Below, piece after piece: positions 10,510 through 19,368 of a DNA stretch of 64,000 nucleotides. The stretch comes from Escherichia phage vB_EcoM-UFV09. The position numbers were made by a program, and so were the translations under genes. The notes beneath the pieces were generated by a model. It did no database searches and was not told the origin of the DNA. It saw only the letters and a list, made by a program, of their open reading frames with translations. Every line of letters starts with the position of its first letter. Position 1 is the first letter of the stretch. The stretch lies in sequence record MZ291552.2; one strand, 5' to 3'.

Positions 10510-10817
10510 CGTAAATTCCCTGCAATTGGTATACTAACAATACGCCCAGTATCTAAAATTCGCCGATATAATCTTTGTGTGTCTACATCAGGCTTAACGT
10601 GTTTAACTTCTATTTTATTAAACCAAAACTTGCGTGGAGTCTCAACTAGTCTTGGAATTCCCATACCTAAAGCTAGTTTATATTGGTCTTTGAGAGTAGT
10701 AAAAACTCTATCAGCAATCTCTCTTTCAAAAAACACAGCAGGACGATGTTCATCAAGAGGAACTGGCGCAGTAAATCCATCTTTGTCTCGGTAAACTATC
10801 GCATATACATAAACCAT
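10506..10817 (-). CDS. hypothetical protein (dda.1 position)
   Basis: 103-aa ORF. Confidence 0.45.
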   Translation of the reverse strand: MVYVYAIVYRDKDGFTAPVPLDEHRPAVFFEREIADRVFTTLKDQYKLALGMGIPRLVETPRKFWFNKIEVKHVKPDVDTQRLYRRILDTGRIVSIPIAGNLR

Positions 10818-10818
10818 A

Positions 10819-11574
10819 TTATCCTCGGATAAGTTTAAAAATTGAACAATTTAGCGGGTATCCTCTTTTCAGTTTAAGTTTATCAATAAAAGACAAGTTT
10901 TGATACCGCTCTACACCTTGAATAATTTTATCACACATATCATATTGCATTTCTGCTTCTGACAACTTTTTCACAATTTTCCAATCCGAGCCTTTAAGAA
11001 GAACGTTCAGTTTAACAACTTCAGCGCCTTCTGCTATGCGAGAACCATCAATACGAGCTTTAAGTGCTATAATCCTTAGCTTAATGTCAGAGGTCTGTTT
11101 TGATTTAGAAAGCTGAGAAATGTGTTCAATTCGATTTTCACGCTTTTTCTGTATAGCTTTAATTTGATTATAAGTCTTTTTGATTTTAGCCCATTTCTTT
11201 TCATCTAAATTTAGTTTATGAACTTTTTTCGCAGATGAACGACCAATTCGCAAAGCAAATAAATCACGCTTTTCAATCAACTCTTCTAAAGTATAATCAG
11301 AACGAAATGTATTATACTTTTTCTTTACTGCAATAACGTTCCCTTTAATGTATCCAACGTTATTATCAAAACGTTCTAATGATAATTTCTCTCCTTCAAT
11401 ACGATTATCAAAAGGTTCTCCTGAATAGGCACAAACTTTTTGATCTAAAATGTTCTTAATGTAATTGAAGTCTAAGTTAAAATCTTTAGAACGTCTTTTT
11501 GCAGATGCCTGAGTGTGCTCTAAACGACGTTTAATTTTACGAATTTGATTATTAGACATATTATGCAGTTTCAT
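10819..11574 (-). CDS. basic hypothetical protein (srd position)
   Basis: 251 aa, highly basic; position between dda and modA fits T4 srd. Confidence 0.4.
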   Translation of the reverse strand: MKLHNMSNNQIRKIKRRLEHTQASAKRRSKDFNLDFNYIKNILDQKVCAYSGEPFDNRIEGEKLSLERFDNNVGYIKGNVIAVKKKYNTFRSDYTLEELIEKRDLFALRIGRSSAKKVHKLNLDEKKWAKIKKTYNQIKAIQKKRENRIEHISQLSKSKQTSDIKLRIIALKARIDGSRIAEGAEVVKLNVLLKGSDWKIVKKLSEAEMQYDMCDKIIQGVERYQNLSFIDKLKLKRGYPLNCSIFKLIRG

Positions 11575-11696
11575 ATTTTTCTCACATCTTACGGACGGTT
11601 GACTACTATACTATAACATTTTTACCTTAGCTTGTAAACAACTTTATGCAAAAATGCTTTAAAAATTTCATGGTATAATGAATCTAAGTCCTTCCA

Positions 11697-12299
11697 TTAT
11701 AGATTAAATCCTTCAAAATCAAGAGTATAGATAGTGTATGTTGAATACTTTTTATACTCATATCTATCTGCAATTCTAAATACACTTCCAGCTGGTATCA
11801 TTACTTCTTGTTCATCTGAAACTAATTCCATATTACGATAACGATGGCTATCCGGAAACTTAAAGTTTGGATTGTATTCTTTACAGCGTAGAGCTTTTAT
11901 AGCATACTCCTGGAAATTGAATACCATAGGAGCTTTGAATTCAAAAATAACCTGTGTGTTATACTCTAAACCAGAAGCAAAATGTAGAGCTATATTTTTA
12001 TCATATGAAGCTGATACGACTTTATCAAATGTAATAATATCAATTCCTTGATTTAACACCTGCTTAGTCTCAGCTGGAACACCTCTCCAAAGAGGTTTAT
12101 CGTTTGGAACCAAACGAGATTTGATTATTTCATTTAACCAAGTATGGTCATCTGGTTTGTTGGTAATACAATGAATTAAAAGTTCAATTTCAGATAAATT
12201 AAACCCTTCAGAAAGTAATTCTTCACGAATAGAAGCACGCACCGATGCATCCATTGATTTTATTTTAAAATCTTTTAGTTGCATTACTGAGTATTTCAT
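11697..12299 (-). CDS. modA: ADP-ribosyltransferase ModA
   Basis: 200 aa; the adjacent 200-aa/207-aa pair matches T4 ModA/ModB sizes and order. Confidence 0.65.
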   Translation of the reverse strand: MKYSVMQLKDFKIKSMDASVRASIREELLSEGFNLSEIELLIHCITNKPDDHTWLNEIIKSRLVPNDKPLWRGVPAETKQVLNQGIDIITFDKVVSASYDKNIALHFASGLEYNTQVIFEFKAPMVFNFQEYAIKALRCKEYNPNFKFPDSHRYRNMELVSDEQEVMIPAGSVFRIADRYEYKKYSTYTIYTLDFEGFNL

Positions 12300-12919
12300 T
12301 CAACTACCTCAATATCATAAACTTTAAATGTTCCAAATGAATCGTGTAATTTTTCTTTTGAAATAGAAGTTATTCTATACTTTCCAATTGGAATCATCCA
12401 TTCTTGTTCACGCACAATCATCATTAAGTTATCAGTACGCTCTGAATCTAACCCATCAGTATCTTCATATGTATACTTAAACTCAGTATTAGGAGAAGAA
12501 AGTATAATATCGCTGATATGGTCAGAGTAATTAAAAGCTTTATCAGTTTTTAAGCGAAGTATTGTTTCAGTGAAATATTCAGCATAAGAAAAAGAACACG
12601 CTGTATGCAAACTAGTAGTAAATGAATCTACCCTGTTCGTTGAAAACACTTCTCCAACTTGTAAATCTTTAATGAGTTCTTTTGTCGATTTTGATATACC
12701 ACGATATAATTGATAAGGCGATTTAGTTAAATGCTTTTTAATGATTTTATTCAACTGTCTGTGAAGAGCTTCATTCTTTTTGGCTTCCATACATTGCCAA
12801 AGAATTGACTGTTCAAAGTCAGTAAATTTTTCACAGACCTTTTTATACATATCATATTGAAAATCAACGCTTTCGGCTTTTATAGATAACTGTTCAACAT
12901 CTGCAAGATTAATAATCAT
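12296..12919 (-). CDS. modB: ADP-ribosyltransferase ModB
   Basis: 207 aa; YRGI motif typical of the Arg-specific ADP-ribosyltransferase fold; adjacent to modA. Confidence 0.65.
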   Translation of the reverse strand: MIINLADVEQLSIKAESVDFQYDMYKKVCEKFTDFEQSILWQCMEAKKNEALHRQLNKIIKKHLTKSPYQLYRGISKSTKELIKDLQVGEVFSTNRVDSFTTSLHTACSFSYAEYFTETILRLKTDKAFNYSDHISDIILSSPNTEFKYTYEDTDGLDSERTDNLMMIVREQEWMIPIGKYRITSISKEKLHDSFGTFKVYDIEVVE

Positions 12920-12986
12920 GATAGCCTCCGTATACTTCAGAAGCTATCATATCATCGTTAGAAAGGAAAGTAAACAACTTTTTGAA

Positions 12987-13169
12987 TTATTTTGCCCAGG
13001 GAGCCCAAGGCGGAGGGTCAAGATGGTATGAAGCTAGTTCTTCTAGAAGAGCATCTGGGGCTTCAATTCCATAATTCTGTAATACTATACGGTACTCTTT
13101 CTTATAATCACTAGAATCATTCTGGATATTCGTAGAATGATTATCTTCTAACATCTCAAATAAATCCAT
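12987..13169 (-). CDS. small hypothetical protein
   Basis: 60-aa ORF. Confidence 0.35.
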   Translation of the reverse strand: MDLFEMLEDNHSTNIQNDSSDYKKEYRIVLQNYGIEAPDALLEELASYHLDPPPWAPWAK

Positions 13170-13177
13170 ACTAATTC

Positions 13178-13648
13178 CTAGCGATAAAAACCAAATTGAC
13201 GATTAGCTTCAATAATCTTTCTTTCTTCTTCGGACATTCTCCAGCGTAGTCCAACATCAAAATGAGCCCAGACCATCTTAACAAATGCATTTATATCTTT
13301 AATATCTTCAATAATGAATGTTTTACTTTTAGAAGGTTGACTCGCTAATTTAACTTTATCGTCTTCAAACAGGTCAAAAAGACTATATTCATGAGCTCTT
13401 TTATAGCCTTTAATAGTTAAAGCTTCGGAAGAAGAAAACGGCGAATCAGTATTCTGCAAAATATCTTCAGTATGCTTTATAATTAGAATAACATTTTCTG
13501 GATATTTTCTTTCTTTTATATCTTTAATTAAAATATCCGGATTTTCTGCTAAAGGAATAATTAATGAGCACTTTTTATCAAGTGTATTTACTGATTTACC
13601 TTCTTTAGACATAAATTCTATTGAATAATGTTTTGCTACTTCAATCAT
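13178..13648 (-). CDS. hypothetical protein
   Basis: 156-aa ORF in the region where T4 carries mrh/srh. Confidence 0.4.
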
Positions 13649-13801
13649 GTGATTTCCTTTTGCCTACTAATGGACCGTCAGGAATTTTATTTTCCTGAAT
13701 GTATTTCTCATTTTCTTCCATCATTTTACTGCCAATTTTAAGAAGCAAATCCATTGCTTCATTTGCTTTAGCCTTGGCCTCTTCCAGCGTCATATCTTTG
13801 T

Positions 13802-14005
13802 TCATGATTTATCACCATAGATGTCTCTCATCAATTTAAGCGCTGAGCGTTCTAATTTCTTTTCTTTCTCAGCACTAATCATTGATTTCATCCATTCTTC
13901 TGATTCGTTCTGCATTTCTTTATTTGCTTGTTCAACCCAACCATCATCAATATACATTGAGTTTGGTCTATTAAACCATTCAAGAATCTTCTTGAGAGCT
14001 TTCAT
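13802..14005 (-). CDS. small hypothetical protein
   Basis: 67-aa ORF. Confidence 0.4.
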
Positions 14006-14498
14006 TTATTTTACCTAAAACAATAGTATGGACACCGTCAAATTTATGAATTTTTAGCAAATTAGGATTTAAATTATTCCATAAAGAGGTAATAAAATAT
14101 GATAGCGCACTTTCGTCCGTAATTATAAATTTATTTCCCTTATCAATTTTCCAGTCATATATTGAATCATATGAATAGAAGGATAACGGTTTATTGTTAT
14201 AGTATGCTTTAGCAACATCAATATAGTTAGATTTAGTAAATGCTTGAATTGCCATAAATGGAGAATTTTGTACAGTTTCAATAATTCCGATCTTTTTAAG
14301 TTTTATTTCAACATCTTCTGGAACTGGCATTGAAATAAAATCTTCTACTAGATACATGTTATTGTCATATCTTTTATCAATCATTACTGCTACGGTAATT
14401 GGAACATCCTTGACAAACGCCATACTAATACTATTGATAGACATTTCAAACAAAATCGCTTCCATAATTTTCCTCAATCGCAAGATGTAGATGAACAA
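13980..14498 (-). CDS. hypothetical protein
   Basis: 172-aa ORF. Confidence 0.4.
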   Translation of the reverse strand: MFIYILRLRKIMEAILFEMSINSISMAFVKDVPITVAVMIDKRYDNNMYLVEDFISMPVPEDVEIKLKKIGIIETVQNSPFMAIQAFTKSNYIDVAKAYYNNKPLSFYSYDSIYDWKIDKGNKFIITDESALSYFITSLWNNLNPNLLKIHKFDGVHTIVLGKINESSQEDS

Positions 14499-14815
14499 CT
14501 AGAATCACAAGAACTTCCACATGAATCGCCCGTCCATACATGAACAGGAACATTAGTATCATATGAATCAGAACTAGACTGTGTATTCTGTGCATTAGAT
14601 GATGTAGTAGGTGTTGACCAGCGCCAAGGATTTTTATAATATTCTTGGGCTTCTTCATAAGTCATAGTAACTGCTTCTACTGTTCCATCTCCCATATAAA
14701 CATATTCAACTACAGTTAAAGGAAGATAGTCATTTGAAATAGGAACTACACCTTCTCCGGGAGTTGTAGAGAAAAAATCTGTAAAGAAATTTTTAAACCA
14801 ATTAAAGATAAACAT
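14474..14815 (-). CDS. hypothetical protein with Ser/Cys-rich C-terminal tail
   Basis: 113 aa ending ...[18 protein letters not shown]. Confidence 0.4.
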   Translation of the reverse strand: MFIFNWFKNFFTDFFSTTPGEGVVPISNDYLPLTVVEYVYMGDGTVEAVTMTYEEAQEYYKNPWRWSTPTTSSNAQNTQSSSDSYDTNVPVHVWTGDSCGSSCDSSCSSTSCD

Positions 14816-15021
14816 TACAAAAAGCCTCTTTTGAATTCGACTTGTTTATCGCCATAATCATATCGAATCTCTGCGTTAAATTCAACAGAACCATCTGCGT
14901 ACATCATAAATGAATGCACAACAACTTCTGTAGACCATGGTTGCAATTCATATTTCTTCATTACATGCCGTGAAATGATAATATCTAAATCTTCATTTGG
15001 TTTAATCCAACGATTTAACAT
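14815..15021 (-). CDS. small hypothetical protein
   Basis: 68-aa ORF downstream of an early promoter (minus-strand -10 at 15049-15054, -35 at 15072-15077). Confidence 0.4.
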   Translation of the reverse strand: MLNRWIKPNEDLDIIISRHVMKKYELQPWSTEVVVHSFMMYADGSVEFNAEIRYDYGDKQVEFKRGFL

Positions 15022-15092
15022 AGTGCTCTCCTCTATAAGATAATTCTATTATACCATACTCATTTTGGAAAGTAAACCGGTAAAATGAAAAA

Positions 15093-15112
15093 AGGACTCC
15101 CGAAGGAGTCCT
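15093..15112 (-). terminator. intrinsic terminator downstream of soc
   Basis: Stem-loop aggactcc-cgaa-ggagtcct followed by a U-run on the minus-strand transcript. Confidence 0.6.
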
Positions 15113-15119
15113 TGAATTA

Positions 15120-15356
15120 TTAACCACCTATTTCTGTGGGTGTAAACATTGCAGCATTCTTAGTTTTCCAGTCAGCTGCATCAGAAACTACAGTAGAATA
15201 TGCCGCCTTTTCAGAAGGAAAGGTCTGATAATGAGAATCTGCAATACGATGCTCGTTAGAATAAATTTCAAACGGAACAGAAACTTCCATACCTTTAACT
15301 TCTTTGCCTTCACCTGTTGGATGAGTAAAGGTCTTGATGTTAACGAAACCACCCAT
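15120..15356 (-). CDS. soc: small outer capsid protein
   Basis: 78 aa; VNIKTF...HYQTFPSEKAAYSTV matches recalled T4 Soc; late promoter upstream. Confidence 0.85.
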   Translation of the reverse strand: MGGFVNIKTFTHPTGEGKEVKGMEVSVPFEIYSNEHRIADSHYQTFPSEKAAYSTVVSDAADWKTKNAAMFTPTEIGG

Positions 15357-15386
15357 AATAAACTCCTTTATTGTTTAATTACAGGT

Positions 15387-15394
15387 GTATTTAT
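15387..15394 (-). promoter_or_regulatory. late promoter TATAAATA for soc
   Basis: Exact TATAAATA on the minus strand about 30 nt upstream of the soc start. Confidence 0.6.
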
Positions 15395-15537
15395 AACTTA
15401 CAATTTAGCGGCTTTCCAGAGTTGTTCAATAATCTCTTGGTCTATTTCTTTAGTTATTTCATTACGTAATAAAGCAGTAAGGGCTTTCGCCCTTTTCTTA
15501 TTCAACTTTTTGAGTTGGCGTTTATTTAAACGGGACA

Positions 15538-16056
15538 TTAATAACCTCGGTCTTGACGTGCGAAATTTTCAGCATTTTTCAGATAATAAAGTTTAAAGAT
15601 TTCTTCTGCTGTAAGACCAAGACCCTGGAACATATTCAGAACGAAATGAAGAATATCAATCATTTCAAATTTAATTTCTAACTGGTCTTGTGGAGACAAA
15701 TCAGTAATCAGAGTTTCACGACGTTCACCATGCTGCGACTTCCAAGGTTTCCATACAGCAGATGCGTCTTTTTCACCATTACTCATACCACCAAGAGAAG
15801 TCAGAAGTTCACGGAATTCATCGTCAATATAATCTTTCTGATTACGCAACCAATCAACAACTTCACCGGCAGTAGCTAAGTCATCAGGATGACGATTATA
15901 TTCAGGTTTATCTTTAGCTAAACGAACCTGCAAAGATTTCTGCATATCAAGCATTACCTGCAGCGGGTCTTTTTCATCGCCGAGAATATCCCAATATTCA
16001 TTTTGAGCTTTATCAGCGCCTTCAATCAGTTGTGAACATTCGTTAAAGTAAGCCAT
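15538..16056 (-). CDS. 56: dCTP/dCDP pyrophosphatase (MazG-like dCTPase)
   Basis: Start trimmed to MAYFNECSQ... (~172 aa, T4 gp56-sized); the longer track ORF reads through upstream sequence. Confidence 0.8.
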   Translation of the reverse strand: MAYFNECSQLIEGADKAQNEYWDILGDEKDPLQVMLDMQKSLQVRLAKDKPEYNRHPDDLATAGEVVDWLRNQKDYIDDEFRELLTSLGGMSNGEKDASAVWKPWKSQHGERRETLITDLSPQDQLEIKFEMIDILHFVLNMFQGLGLTAEEIFKLYYLKNAENFARQDRGY

Positions 16057-16127
16057 TATTTTTCCTTTCAATTCATGGGTTAGTAGATTAATTATACAAT
16101 AAATATATAAAGCAATAAGGAGGACAT

Positions 16128-16328
16128 ATGGTACAAAAATTAATGGCACTTGTTAATGCCATCAAAGGTAATAAGAAACGTATAGCTTTTACTATTTCTG
16201 CTATGGTAGGAATTTTACTCTGGAACTTTATTTTATCACCAATTGCAATTGCGCATGGTGTTAATATTCCAGTAGTTACTCTTGATACATTCGTAGATCT
16301 AGCATTTGCTTTAGTTGGGTTGATTTAA
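16128..16328 (+). CDS. small hydrophobic protein on the plus strand
   Basis: 66 aa, two predicted TM segments; strong AAGGAGG Shine-Dalgarno 4 nt upstream of ATG; fills the 56-61 intergenic gap. Confidence 0.45.
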   Translation: MVQKLMALVNAIKGNKKRIAFTISAMVGILLWNFILSPIAIAHGVNIPVVTLDTFVDLAFALVGLI

Positions 16329-17353
16329 ATCTTAGCATATTTAGATAGCCGCATTTTAGCCATCAACCCCTGGGCAATATTATTTTTCATATATTCCATA
16401 ATTTGTTCAGGGGTTGCACCTTCCTTTCTAATCATATCATTAACATCTTTAGATTTCCAGGGAGATTTATCCCAAAACATAACCCTTTCTCCTGCATCAA
16501 CTAATTTAGTCATTCGTTTGATAGTGTCAGGGTGACGAGGTTCATTATCTAAAACCCACACTCGTCTATCTTTAAATGGAACAATTTCTAGGTCTAATTG
16601 ACCACCCGTAATAGCTATACCATTTTCAATAAAAAGTGAATCTATAGGTCCTTCTAGAACATATACATCGCCATCTTTAACTCGTTCGACTCCATAGATT
16701 TTTGTTGCCTCAGGATAAGCTTTAATGGTGATATATTTTTGAGGAGCATTTTTCTTTAATGCACGCCCTTGAAACGACTCGGCTTTTCCGTTAGCATTAT
16801 AAATTGGAATAACAAGACGAGGCTCAGGTATTTCCTTTTTATATGTTCCCGGTGCTATGCTATTAACCAATTTAGGCCATTCGGTTGTAAACCAAAGATA
16901 TTTCCATTTATCCTTTGGAATACAACGAGCTTTTACGTATTTTATAATTGGATGGTCTTCCGCCAGTTTATCTAATCTAACACATGACGGAAGAGATTTA
17001 ATTATTTTCTTCTCAGGTTGTTTAGGAAGTTCTTTAGGTTTTTCTACTGGACGACTTTTACCTTTTTCTTTTCTTATTTCAAAGATATACTCACGATATA
17101 AATCAGGTTCAAACTCCTTTAAATATATTCCGATTGGTGCGTGATAGTTACAGTTATAACAATGAATATTTCCTTCATTATTATCACCATAATACCATCC
17201 ACGAGCTTTATTCTGGTCGGTTTTTGAATCTCCACAAACGGGGCATCTAAACCGCAATTTAAAAGTTGAACTATTATTTACTTGTGTGAATTTAGGTAAA
17301 TGAGCCAATGCACGATACGCAAACTCATTATCAATCCAAGGTATTGATGACAT
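16325..17353 (-). CDS. 61: DNA primase
   Basis: 342 aa, zinc-ribbon CPVCGDS...CYNC N-terminus; matches recalled T4 gp61. Confidence 0.9.
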   Translation of the reverse strand: MSSIPWIDNEFAYRALAHLPKFTQVNNSSTFKLRFRCPVCGDSKTDQNKARGWYYGDNNEGNIHCYNCNYHAPIGIYLKEFEPDLYREYIFEIRKEKGKSRPVEKPKELPKQPEKKIIKSLPSCVRLDKLAEDHPIIKYVKARCIPKDKWKYLWFTTEWPKLVNSIAPGTYKKEIPEPRLVIPIYNANGKAESFQGRALKKNAPQKYITIKAYPEATKIYGVERVKDGDVYVLEGPIDSLFIENGIAITGGQLDLEIVPFKDRRVWVLDNEPRHPDTIKRMTKLVDAGERVMFWDKSPWKSKDVNDMIRKEGATPEQIMEYMKNNIAQGLMAKMRLSKYAKI

Positions 17354-17521
17354 TTTTACTCTTCTTTTTCTTTAGATTCCTCTTTTTTCTTTTTAGGAAT
17401 CTGTTCAGGACCTTTATTTACTACAGCACCTGATGTTGTTCCAGTAGAGATATTTTCAGGATTACCACCTGAATCTCCAGCAACCATATCTTCTTTAATA
17501 AATTCTTTATATGTTTTCATA

Positions 17522-17878
17522 TTAACCTCTATTCATAAAAGCATTAAAAATTTGGTCATCAATCGATGGAATAGCAACTTTTTCTGCATCATTTAGCAAA
17601 TCATTAATTTCATCAGATAGCATAACACATGTACCTTTATTTCCTGTAATTGTTACTGCACAATTACGAACGTTTTCTTTATTAAATTTTAGGTTAATAT
17701 TTTCGTAATGAAAATCCTTTAATGCTGAATATATTTTTAAAATAAAATTGTCTTTTACTACAATAAACCCAACCTCACTATTAAAACGTGGTTCATGGAA
17801 ACTGTAATAAACCTTTTCATCTATAAAATCGTATGAAATTTTTTCCATTTTTAAATATGAAAATTCAGAACTATACAT
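17522..17878 (-). CDS. hypothetical protein (61.1/61.2 region)
   Basis: 118 aa; C-terminal tail SIDDQIFNAFMNRG shared with the next ORF. Confidence 0.45.
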   Translation of the reverse strand: MYSSEFSYLKMEKISYDFIDEKVYYSFHEPRFNSEVGFIVVKDNFILKIYSALKDFHYENINLKFNKENVRNCAVTITGNKGTCVMLSDEINDLLNDAEKVAIPSIDDQIFNAFMNRG

Positions 17879-17879
17879 A

Positions 17880-18521
17880 TTAACCTTTATTCATAAAAGC
17901 ATTAAAAATTTGATCGTCAATAGAAACTTTTACTTTAGGATGTTCTTCAAACGGTAATTCATATCCACATATTACAATTTTGTGATCGATACCAAAATAC
18001 ACAGAAGCAATATGATTAATATTATTTTCAGTGAAATCTAAATCAACATCAATATCTTTTTGACTAACGCTCAAAGGATAATTAATACGAATAATTCGAT
18101 TATCTTTAACAAAGATTCCACCGACATACTCTGTGTTGCGTTTAAAGTTTACACGTTTCCTAAATGAAAAATATTCAGGTTCTTTATGAGCCCGACTCAT
18201 AGGACACAATGAGTAGCTAGAATAAGAGATGTCAAATCCTACACCTTCAATATGAGCCAACGTGTCATGATTAAACCAATTATAATCATACGCCAAATCC
18301 ATTATATTGTAATATGTGAAAGGCACCGGATTAACATCATATATTGTACCTTTAAAATCTGCCCAGGCAACGATTTCATTATCTTTAACAATTACAAAAA
18401 TTGTGCCAATAAGATATCCACGGTTATTTTCATCAGGCGTTATATTATAACATTGTGCATCAGGAAATTTACCGTATTTAAACGGTGGATTTTTGTGCAT
18501 ATAATAAATCATATTATTCAC
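17880..18521 (-). CDS. hypothetical protein (61.1/61.2 region)
   Basis: 213 aa; C-terminal tail SIDDQIFNAFMNKG shared with the previous ORF. Confidence 0.45.
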   Translation of the reverse strand: MNNMIYYMHKNPPFKYGKFPDAQCYNITPDENNRGYLIGTIFVIVKDNEIVAWADFKGTIYDVNPVPFTYYNIMDLAYDYNWFNHDTLAHIEGVGFDISYSSYSLCPMSRAHKEPEYFSFRKRVNFKRNTEYVGGIFVKDNRIIRINYPLSVSQKDIDVDLDFTENNINHIASVYFGIDHKIVICGYELPFEEHPKVKVSIDDQIFNAFMNKG

Positions 18522-18807
18522 CTGTGATTTCGGTTACGATATCTTTGTTATCAAAATTAGGGTCACAATACAAAACATAGTTATACTGCATCACACCACC
18601 TGATTTAAGCTGTTTTTGTACTTCAACTTTCATATTGGGACGATCACGCTCAACGATATTCATAATATCCGCTTCAATTTGAGTTTCAACTTCAGTCTGA
18701 TCTGCAGTCATAGACCATTCACACAAATCTTTATCATAACCTGCCATAGCAGGCTGAGCAGCACAAGAAGCTAAAGCAAAAATTGCAGCAAAGATAAATT
18801 TTTTCAT
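18514..18807 (-). CDS. sp: Spackle periplasmic protein (superinfection exclusion)
   Basis: 97 aa with signal peptide; size and position between 61 and 41 as in T4. Confidence 0.7.
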   Translation of the reverse strand: MKKFIFAAIFALASCAAQPAMAGYDKDLCEWSMTADQTEVETQIEADIMNIVERDRPNMKVEVQKQLKSGGVMQYNYVLYCDPNFDNKDIVTEITGE

Positions 18808-18867
18808 GATAATCTCCTCAGTAGTTTATGTTTATATAGTATCTCAATTTCCAACAAAAGTAAACAG

Positions 18868-19179
18868 CTATTTTAAAACTTCTGCATAATCACATGTTAC
18901 AAACTGTTTCTCTAACTTGACGATTTTACGAAAATACCTTTTACACTGACGAATCTGTCGCTTCGTAGGACGTACAGCAAACTTAATAAATTCCACTCGA
19001 CCAAATGGAGGACTTTCTTCTGCTGGAATATCTAGCACCAATTCCCACGTATCTGCAATAAGTGCTTTGAATTGCGTATTTTTCCTGACGTTATACGGAG
19101 TAGGTTTAAATAAAACAATATGCATATTATCCTCGGCAATCCACTTCGCACACTTTCTTGTCATCAATGAAAGCTTCAA
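18868..19179 (-). CDS. hypothetical protein (61.4 position)
   Basis: 103-aa ORF. Confidence 0.4.
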   Translation of the reverse strand: MKLSLMTRKCAKWIAEDNMHIVLFKPTPYNVRKNTQFKALIADTWELVLDIPAEESPPFGRVEFIKFAVRPTKRQIRQCKRYFRKIVKLEKQFVTCDYAEVLK

Positions 19180-19309
19180 CTAATGCTTTATTAACTTCAG
19201 CATATTGAGTAGTAGCCCATTGAACGTCATCTTTCATCATTGTGGTTTCTTTAGTAAACATGCTTTCATTCTTAAACCACCCCATAAAAACTACCTTTAC
19301 CAATTCCAT
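19127..19309 (-). CDS. dmd: Dmd antitoxin (inhibitor of RnlA/LsoA toxins)
   Basis: 60 aa, near-identical to recalled T4 Dmd (MELVKVVFMGWFKNESMFTKE...). Confidence 0.85.
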   Translation of the reverse strand: MELVKVVFMGWFKNESMFTKETTMMKDDVQWATTQYAEVNKALVEAFIDDKKVCEVDCRG

Positions 19310-19337
19310 AACAATCTCCTCATTTAACCAACAAAAC

Positions 19338-19368
19338 TACTATACCATAGTCTTGTCAGCTTGTAAAC
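19338..19368 (-). promoter_or_regulatory. T4-type early promoter upstream of gene 41
   Basis: Minus strand reads GTTTACaagctgacaagactatggTATAGT. Confidence 0.45.

Noticed and set aside
14446-14658. Minus-strand ORFs overlapping neighbours in another frame (14446-14658, 22697-22897, 23188-23397, 35554-35775, 41025-41249, 48035-48226, 58243-58428, 62115-62330, 62796-62978, 6950-7141, 25219-25404, 26425-26616).
   Set aside because: Each lies entirely or mostly inside a better-supported gene on the same strand in a different frame; no independent evidence.
16057-16324. Presence of a dam methyltransferase gene between 56 and 61.
   Set aside because: No ORF with methyltransferase motifs (DPPY, FxGxG) occurs anywhere in the window; I am not certain of the T4 dam position from memory, so absence is noted but not claimed as a finding.
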